From positions 288,001-352,000 of the forward strand of contig CAVXJS010000007.1 in the NCBI GenBank assembly GCA_963762145.1: 64,000 bases of DNA, written 5' to 3'. Positions 57,529 to 64,000 of the stretch are shown here, in pieces; the first letter of the stretch is position 1, and every line of letters starts with the position of its first letter. The notes under the pieces are model-generated. The model was not told the DNA's origin. It worked only from the letters and a program-made list of their open reading frames with translations, and did no database searches. A program made the translations under genes and the position numbers. The stretch comes from an uncultured Candidatus Rokubacteria bacterium. GTDB lineage: Bacteria > Methylomirabilota > Methylomirabilia > Rokubacteriales > CSP1-6.

Positions 57529-59823
57529 ATGCTCGCGGGATGGGGCCGTCTCGTTCATCGCTTCCGGCTGGCGATCATCGCCCTGTCCCTGCTGAGTCTG
57601 ATCCCGTCGCTCTGGCTGATCTTCCACGGCGGCCGTCTCGCCACCACCGACATCCCGACGACCACGGAGTCCGGCCGCGCGCTCGATCTGATCGGGCGCG
57701 AGCTGCCGGGCCGGCCGCCCTCGTTCAGCCTCATCTTCAGCAGCCCGACCCGCTCCGCGCGCGACGAGGCTTTCCGGCAGGAGGTCGAGCGGGCGGTGGC
57801 GCCGCTCCGCCGCGACGCGCGCGTCGCGCGGGTGCTGACCGCGTACGACCCGCCGGTCTACGACGCCTCGATGCCCGCCGCCCAGCTCGTGTCGCGCGAC
57901 GGCCGTCGGGCGCTGGTGGTGGTCGAGCTCAAGGGCGAGGCGGCCGCGTTCTCCCTGCTCGAGTTCTCGGTGCTGCCCCCCGACGTGTATCCCTCGCTGT
58001 GGGCCCTGGTGAAGACCGAGACGCTCGAGGTGCTGCCGGTCGGGAACGTCCCGCTCAACCACGACTTCACCGAGGTGACGCGCACCGATCTCCGCCGGGC
58101 CGAGCTGGTGATCCTGCCGGTGGTGGTGGTGCTGCTCCTGCTCGTGTTCGGCTCGGTGGTGGCCGCGCTCCTGCCCCTCGCGGTGGGCGCGCTCTCGATG
58201 GCGGGGGCCATCGCGGCCACGCTGCTCATGGCCCGCTACACCTCGGTCTCGGTCTACGCGCCGAACATCGTGACCATGATCGGCCTCGGGGTGGCGATCG
58301 ACTACTCGCTGTTCATCGTGAGCCGGTTCCGCCAGGAGATCCGCACGCGCCCCGCATCCGAGGCGCTCGAGCGCACGATGGCCACCGCCGGGCGGGCCAT
58401 TCTTTTCTCCGGGCTCACCGTCGCCATCGGGCTGCTCGGGATGGTCTTCCTCGGGCTCGGCAACGTGGGCTCGATCGGCTGGGCCGGAACCGTGGTCGTC
58501 TCGCTGGCGGTGCTCTACGCGCTCACGCTCCTGCCCGCGCTGCTGGCGGTGCTCGGGCCGCGGGTCAACGCGCTCCGGCTGCCGTTCATTCACCCCGAGC
58601 GGCGCCTCACCGGACGCGGGATCTGGCACCGGATCGCGGTCACCGTGATGGCCTACCCGTGGACCGTGTTCATCTCGGTCTCGGCCCTCCTGTTGTTCCT
58701 CGGGCTGCCGTTCCTGCACCTGAAGGTGGGCTCCGGCGACGTCACCGCGCTACCGCCCGAGGCGGTCTCGCGGCGCGGCGACGAGGCGCTGCGCGAGCAC
58801 TTCCCGGGCGCCGACAGCAACCGGATCCTGGTGGTGGTGCGCTACCCGGACGGCACGCCGCTCACCGCAGAGCGCGTGGGCGGACTCTACGATCTCAGCC
58901 GCTGGCTCGCCGCGCGGCCCAACGTGGCGCGCGTGGAGAGCCTGGTGGATCTCGATCCAAGCGTGACGCGCGAGCAGTACCAGCAGCTCGCCACCGCGCC
59001 CGCCGAGATGCGTCCGCCCGGCGTGGCCCAGGTACTGCGGCAGACCGTGGGCGGCCGCCTGGCCCTGCTGGTGGTCTCGACCGCGCTCAAGCCCTCGAGC
59101 TCGGAGGCGCGCGCCCTGGTCGGGGAGATCCGCGCGTCCCATCCGCGGATCGAGGGCGAGGTGCTCGTGACCGGCCAGACCGCCTTCGATCTCGACATCA
59201 TCGACCTGGTCACGCGCCACGCCCCGGTGACGGTCGGCCTCGTCATGGTCGCGACCTATGTCGTGCTCTTCCTGCTGCTGGGCTCGGTGCTGCTGCCGCT
59301 CAAGGCGGTGATCATGAACCTTCTGTCCATCAGCGCCTCCTACGGCGCGCTGGTGTGGATCTTCCAGGACGGCCATCTCGCCCGCTGGCTGCACTTCACC
59401 CCCGGCCCGATCCAGACCGCCACCCCGCTCATCATGTTCTGCTTCGTGTTCGGGCTCTCGATGGACTACGAGGTCCTCCTGCTGAGCCGGGTGAAGGAGG
59501 AGTACGAGCGCACCGGCGACACCACGCACGCGGTGGCCGAGGCGCTCGAATCCACCGGTCGGCTCATCACCGGCGCGGCCGCCATCATGGCCGCGGTGTT
59601 CTTCGGCTTCGCGACCGCGCGCTCGGTGATCATCCAGGCGGTGGGCATCGGCATCGGGGTCGCGGTCGTGATCGATGCCACCATCGTGCGGGCTCTGCTG
59701 GTGCCCGCGACCATGCGGCTCATGGGGCGGTGGAACTGGTGGGCGCCCGCCCCGCTGGTCTCGTTGCACCGCCGTCTGGGCCTGGCCGAGCGCAGCGCCG
59801 ATGCGGAAGCCGTCCCAAGATAG
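57529..59823 (+). CDS. MMPL-family (RND superfamily) membrane transporter
   Basis: GLGVAIDYSLFIVSRFRQE, TAGRAILFSG, FGLSMDYEVLLLSRVKEEY, IDATIVRALLVPA, RWNWWAP. Confidence 0.93.
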   Translation: MLAGWGRLVHRFRLAIIALSLLSLIPSLWLIFHGGRLATTDIPTTTESGRALDLIGRELPGRPPSFSLIFSSPTRSARDEAFRQEVERAVAPLRRDARVARVLTAYDPPVYDASMPAAQLVSRDGRRALVVVELKGEAAAFSLLEFSVLPPDVYPSLWALVKTETLEVLPVGNVPLNHDFTEVTRTDLRRAELVILPVVVVLLLLVFGSVVAALLPLAVGALSMAGAIAATLLMARYTSVSVYAPNIVTMIGLGVAIDYSLFIVSRFRQEIRTRPASEALERTMATAGRAILFSGLTVAIGLLGMVFLGLGNVGSIGWAGTVVVSLAVLYALTLLPALLAVLGPRVNALRLPFIHPERRLTGRGIWHRIAVTVMAYPWTVFISVSALLLFLGLPFLHLKVGSGDVTALPPEAVSRRGDEALREHFPGADSNRILVVVRYPDGTPLTAERVGGLYDLSRWLAARPNVARVESLVDLDPSVTREQYQQLATAPAEMRPPGVAQVLRQTVGGRLALLVVSTALKPSSSEARALVGEIRASHPRIEGEVLVTGQTAFDLDIIDLVTRHAPVTVGLVMVATYVVLFLLLGSVLLPLKAVIMNLLSISASYGALVWIFQDGHLARWLHFTPGPIQTATPLIMFCFVFGLSMDYEVLLLSRVKEEYERTGDTTHAVAEALESTGRLITGAAAIMAAVFFGFATARSVIIQAVGIGIGVAVVIDATIVRALLVPATMRLMGRWNWWAPAPLVSLHRRLGLAERSADAEAVPR

Positions 59824-60844
59824 TCCGCCGCCCCCGCTGATCCGCTACCACCCCGACCGGCCCGTCACCACGGAGTACCGCGTCGGGCTCTGCGCGTGGC
59901 AGGACAAGAGCATGGTGGCGGAGGGCTCGTTCTACCCGATCAAGAGCATGCGGGCGGAGGAGCGGCTCTGGTGGTACAGCCGCTTCTTCGACGCCGTCGA
60001 GGTCAACTCCACGTTCTACGCGCCGCTGTCCGCCCAGAACGCGGTGCTCTGGGCGAAGCGCACGCCGCCCGGCTTCCTCTTCAGCGTGAAGGCCTATGCC
60101 CTGCTCACCGGGCATCACCTGGACGCGGCCCGGCTGCCGCCGGAGCTCGCCGCCCTGCTGCCCGCTTCCGCCCGGCCCAACGAGCGGGGCCAGTTCGAGA
60201 ACGACGTCTTCGGCGAGGACGCGCTCGCGTGGACCTTCGCCGCGTTCCGCGAGGGCCTGCAGCCGCTGGCCGACGCGGGCAAGCTCGGCTACGTGCTCTT
60301 CCAGATGGCCCCGTGGGTGAAGTACGGGGATCGCGCGCTCGCGTATCTCGCCGAGCTCCCCGCCCGCCTGCCCGGGACCACGATCGCGGTGGAGTTCCGG
60401 GACGCCTCCTGGCTGCCGCGGCACACCGAGGACACGCTCGCGATGCTGCACGCGCACGGGCTGGCCTACGTCTCGGTGGACGCGCCGCGGACGCCCGCCT
60501 CGGTGGACACCACGGTCGGGCTCACCGCGCCCACCGCAGTCATCCGGCTGCACGGGCGCAACCGGGAGGGCTTCATGAAGCAGCTCCAGGGTCAGGCCCC
60601 CAGCGTGGCCGAGAAGTACGGGTACCTGTACGATCGCGCGGAGCTGGCCGGGATCGTGGCCCGCGGGCGCGCCCTGGAGGGGCAGGCCCGGCGCGTCTTC
60701 TTCAAGCTCAACAACAATGTCGGGGACGCGCCCGCCATCAACGGGGAGGACATCAAGGAGCTGCTGGGCCTCGAGACCGCGGACCGCGCGGCCGTCGAGC
60801 GGGAGTGGCGGAGCCGCCGCCGCGGCGCCCCGAGCCGCCCCTGA
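59801..60844 (+). CDS. DUF72-domain protein (start uncertain)
   Basis: VEVNSTFY, FLFSVKA, LTGH, LFQ, AVEFR, RLHGRN, YLYDRAEL. Confidence 0.85.
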   Translation: MRKPSQDSPPPPLIRYHPDRPVTTEYRVGLCAWQDKSMVAEGSFYPIKSMRAEERLWWYSRFFDAVEVNSTFYAPLSAQNAVLWAKRTPPGFLFSVKAYALLTGHHLDAARLPPELAALLPASARPNERGQFENDVFGEDALAWTFAAFREGLQPLADAGKLGYVLFQMAPWVKYGDRALAYLAELPARLPGTTIAVEFRDASWLPRHTEDTLAMLHAHGLAYVSVDAPRTPASVDTTVGLTAPTAVIRLHGRNREGFMKQLQGQAPSVAEKYGYLYDRAELAGIVARGRALEGQARRVFFKLNNNVGDAPAINGEDIKELLGLETADRAAVEREWRSRRRGAPSRP

Positions 60845-60901
60845 AGGCCCGGAATCCACGTGATAGAATGACGCATCCAAACGGGGCGGGAGGGCAGGCG
60901 C

Positions 60902-61294
60902 GTGCCGATTTACGAGTACGAGTGCCAGGGATGTCAGCGGCGGGTCAGCCTACTGATCCGCACCCTGTCCGCGGCCGAGGCGCCGCGATGTCCCCGTTGC
61001 GGCAGCGTCGCGCTGTCCCGCCTGATGTCCCGCTTCGCCACCGTCAAGTCTGAAGACGCCCGTCTCGACTCCCTCTCCGACCCTTCCAGCTTCGGCGACC
61101 TCGACGAGAACGATCCCCAGAGCGTGGCCCGATTCGTCAAGAAGATGGGTCACGAGATGGGGGAGGATCTCGGCGAGGATCTCGACGCGGCGATGGACGA
61201 GGCGATGGGCGAGGGCGGCGGGCCCGGGGATGACGATGGCGCGCTCATGGACCCGGGCGGCGGCGGGGACGACGCGGGGGAGCTGCCGGCGTGA
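60902..61294 (+). CDS. FmdB-family zinc-ribbon protein
   Basis: PIYEYECQGC...CPRCGS...SRLMSRF; acidic tail. Confidence 0.88.
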   Translation: MPIYEYECQGCQRRVSLLIRTLSAAEAPRCPRCGSVALSRLMSRFATVKSEDARLDSLSDPSSFGDLDENDPQSVARFVKKMGHEMGEDLGEDLDAAMDEAMGEGGGPGDDDGALMDPGGGGDDAGELPA

Positions 61295-62286
61295 AGGTCG
61301 ACGCGCTGCCGGGCTTCGCGGCCCTGGACGAGGGCCGCTGGAATGCCCTGCTCGACCGCTCGCGCCTGCCCGCGCTGTTTCTCACCTGGCAGTGGCAGAC
61401 CGAGTGGAGCCGCGCCTTCGCGGCGGACCATCCCCAGCAGATCCTGACCGCGACGGATCCCGACGGCAGCCTGGTCGGAGTGCTGCCGCTCTACGAGGAC
61501 GGGCCGGGACGGCAGCGGATCATCGGCGGGGTGGACGTCTCCGACTACCTCGACCTGATCGCGGTGGCGGGACGGGAAGAGGAGGTGTGGCAGGCGCTGC
61601 TGCAGCACCGCGCCGGCCAGCCCGGGGAGTGGGACCTGCACGGCATCCGCGCCGCGTCGGCCACCGCCACCGTCCTGCCCGCGCTGGCGCCGGCCCTCGG
61701 GCTGCAGGCCACGGTGGAGCGGCAGGACCGCTGTCCGGTGCTGGCGCTGCCCAAGACCTGGGACGAGTACCTGGGCAAGCTCTCCGGCAAGGACCGGCAC
61801 GAGCTCCGCCGGAAGATGCGCCGCCTCGAGCGGGAGCTGCCCGGGGCGACGGTGCGCTCGCACGGGGACGCGGCGGGCTGGGACGAGGCCATGACGCGCT
61901 TCCTCACGCTCCACCGCCTCTCCAAGGTCGGCAAGGCGCGCTTCATGGACGAGCGCATGGAGCGCTTCTTCCGCGCCGCCACCGCGGTCCTGGCCGCCGA
62001 GGGATGGGCGCGGCTCTGGTTCCTCGAGTACGAGGGCGCGGCGGTGGCCGCGTTCATCTGCCTCGAGTACGCGGGGAGCGTCGGCCTCTACAACTCGGGC
62101 TTCGATCCGGCGCGCGCCCAGCTCGCTCCCGGCATCGTCCTCCTCGCCCACCTCATCCAGGACGCCATCGACCGCGGCATTCCCACCTTCGACTTCCTGC
62201 GCGGCGAGGAACCGTACAAGTACGGCTTCGGCCCCGCGCCGCAGGACGTCTTCAATGTTCGGATCGCGGGGCGGGTCGGCGCGTGA
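61291..62286 (+). CDS. GNAT-family (CelD/BcsL-like) acetyltransferase
   Basis: FLTWQWQ, SDYLDLI, WDEYL, YNSGFDP, FDFLRGEEPYKY. Confidence 0.85.
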   Translation: MKVDALPGFAALDEGRWNALLDRSRLPALFLTWQWQTEWSRAFAADHPQQILTATDPDGSLVGVLPLYEDGPGRQRIIGGVDVSDYLDLIAVAGREEEVWQALLQHRAGQPGEWDLHGIRAASATATVLPALAPALGLQATVERQDRCPVLALPKTWDEYLGKLSGKDRHELRRKMRRLERELPGATVRSHGDAAGWDEAMTRFLTLHRLSKVGKARFMDERMERFFRAATAVLAAEGWARLWFLEYEGAAVAAFICLEYAGSVGLYNSGFDPARAQLAPGIVLLAHLIQDAIDRGIPTFDFLRGEEPYKYGFGPAPQDVFNVRIAGRVGA

Positions 62287-63533
62287 ACCTCTCGGTCGCG
62301 ATCCTCTCGGTCCACACGTGCCCGCTCGCGGCCCTGGGCGGCAAGCAGACCGGCGGCATGAACGTCTACGTGCGGCAGACCGCGCGCGAGCTGGGTCTCA
62401 TGGGCGTGCGGGTGGACGTGTTCACGCGCTCGCAGAACGCCACGATTCCCCGGATCGTCGAGCTCGGGCCGGGCGCCCGCGTGATCCATCTGCCCGCGGG
62501 GCCGGAGGCGCCGATGCCGCGCGAGGCGCTCCACGCCCATCTCGACGAGTTCGCGGCGGGGGCGGAGGCCTTCGCGCGGGAGCAGGGGCTCCGCTACGAT
62601 CTCATCCACTCGCACTACTGGCTGTCCGGCGTGGCGGGCCTGCGGCTGCGCGACCGCTGGGGCGCGCCCCTCGTGCACATGTTCCACACCCTGGGCCGCC
62701 TCAAGAACGAGGTCGCGGAGACGCCGGGCGAGCTCGAGCCCGCGCTCCGGATCGACGAGGAGACCCGGATCGTCGCGCAGGCCGATCGCATCGTGGCCGC
62801 CAACGTGGTGGAGCGGGCGCACCTGGTCTGGTACTACGGCGCGCGCAGCGAGCGGGTCGCGGTGATCCCGTGCGGGGTGGACACCGAGCTCTTCCAGCCG
62901 ATGGATCCCGCCAAGGCCCGCGATCTTCTCGAGCTGCCCCCGGATCCGCTGCTGCTCTACGTGGGACGCCTCACGCCCATCAAGGGCCTCGACACGCTGC
63001 TGGAGGCCATGGTCGCGATTCCCGAGCCCGCCGACCTGCTGGTCGTCGGCGGCGAGCACGACGAGCCCGACGGGGGACACGGCGCCGCGCTGCGGGCGCA
63101 GGTGAAGGCCCTCGGGCTGGAGCGGCGCGTCCGCTTCCTGCGCGCGCAGCCCCAGCGGCGGCTCCGCCTGTTCTACGCCGCCGCCGACGTCACCGTGATG
63201 CCGTCGCACTACGAGTCCTTCGGCATGGTGGCGCTCGAGGCCATGGCCTGCGGCAGCCCGGTGGTGGCCTCGCGCGTCGGCGGCCTGACCACCACGGTGC
63301 AGGACGGGGTGACCGGCCGTCTCGTTCCGGAGGGCGATCCGGCCGCGCTGGCCGCCGCCATCACGCCCTTGCTCGGGAGCGCGGAGGGCCGCCGGCTCGG
63401 CCAGCAGGCCACGCGCTGGGCCGCCGAGCACCGCTGGCCATGCGTGGCGGAGTCGGTCTGCCGCCTCTACTCCGAGCTGCGTCCCGCCGCGCGCGCGCAT
63501 CTCCCTCACGCCCCCTGCAGGAGCTGGCTATGA
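62283..63533 (+). CDS. GT4 glycosyltransferase, MshA-like
   Basis: LSVHTCPLAALGGKQTGGMNVYV, DLIHSHYWLSG, HMFHTLG, ESFGMVALEAMACG. Confidence 0.88.
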   Translation: MNLSVAILSVHTCPLAALGGKQTGGMNVYVRQTARELGLMGVRVDVFTRSQNATIPRIVELGPGARVIHLPAGPEAPMPREALHAHLDEFAAGAEAFAREQGLRYDLIHSHYWLSGVAGLRLRDRWGAPLVHMFHTLGRLKNEVAETPGELEPALRIDEETRIVAQADRIVAANVVERAHLVWYYGARSERVAVIPCGVDTELFQPMDPAKARDLLELPPDPLLLYVGRLTPIKGLDTLLEAMVAIPEPADLLVVGGEHDEPDGGHGAALRAQVKALGLERRVRFLRAQPQRRLRLFYAAADVTVMPSHYESFGMVALEAMACGSPVVASRVGGLTTTVQDGVTGRLVPEGDPAALAAAITPLLGSAEGRRLGQQATRWAAEHRWPCVAESVCRLYSELRPAARAHLPHAPCRSWL

Positions 63534-64000
63534 CGACTCGAGCCCCCATCGACGGTGAACGGACGGCGTTACGCGTGGCCGGACCGCCCCCTGGTCGTGG
63601 TGTGCATGGACGGCAGCGAGCCGGACTACATCCGACCGCGCCATCGCGGCGGGCGCGATGCCGTACCTCGCCGCGGCGCCTCGCCGGGCGGGACCGATCG
63701 CCTCGCCGACTGCGTGGTGCCGAGCTTCACGAACCCGAACAACCTGTCCATCGTCACCGGCGTGCCGCCCTCGGCGCACGGGATCTGCGGCAACTACTTC
63801 TTCGACCGCGAGTCCGACGCCGAGGTGATGATGAACGACCCGAAGCTACCTGCGCTGCGGGACGATCCTGGCCGCGTTTCGCGCGCGGGAGGCGCGCGGC
63901 TGGCGGTGGTGACCGCGAAGGACAAGCTGCGGCGGCTGCTCGGCCACGAGATGCGCGGCGTCTGCTTCTCGGCCGAGAAGGCCAACGAGACCACGGAGGC
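63530..64000 (+). CDS. phnA: Phosphonoacetate hydrolase, 5' part, with several frameshifts; runs off the window
   Basis: Fragments in shifting frames: VNGRRYAWPDRPLVVVCMDGSEPDY, VPSFTNPNNLSIVTG...HGICGNYF, VVTAKDKLRRLLG...CFSAEKA. Confidence 0.85.
   Translation, partial: MTTRAPIDGERTALRVAGPPPGRGVHGRQRAGLHPTAPSRRARCRTSPRRLAGRDRSPRRLRGAELHEPEQPVHRHRRAALGARDLRQLLLRPRVRRRGDDERPEATCAAGRSWPRFARGRRAAGGGDREGQAAAAARPRDARRLLLGREGQRDHGG

Noticed and set aside
63530-64000. phnA as a decayed pseudogene
   Set aside because: The conserved motifs are intact between closely spaced indels at the window end, which is more consistent with low sequence quality; reads are needed to settle it.

Overview
Chromosomal window from a very GC-rich (roughly 70% by eye) diderm bacterium. 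The many ABC transporters, luciferase-like monooxygenases, CoA-transferases and REP-type palindromes resemble Candidatus Rokubacteria/Methylomirabilota; this is inference, not a database result. About 60 densely packed metabolic and transport genes are present. I found no rRNA, tRNA, CRISPR array, phage or transposase. Main points: (1) an imuA-imuB-dnaE2 mutagenesis cassette whose DnaE2 carries a full-length 423-aa intein with a LAGLIDADG homing endonuclease; (2) three dispersed elements made of 26-bp inverted arms around unrelated 32/32/39-bp spacers, each overlapping a neighbouring stop codon; (3) further REP-like palindrome families, several translated inside proteins (ImuA, ImuB, probably a permease N-terminus); (4) two sigma-54-type promoters ahead of small genes with no recognisable family, including a 67-aa ORF plus a possible winged-helix protein; (5) an ~18-kb GntR-centred catabolic cluster of unknown substrate. 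Several single-base frameshifts, densest at the window end, look like sequencing indels rather than biology.
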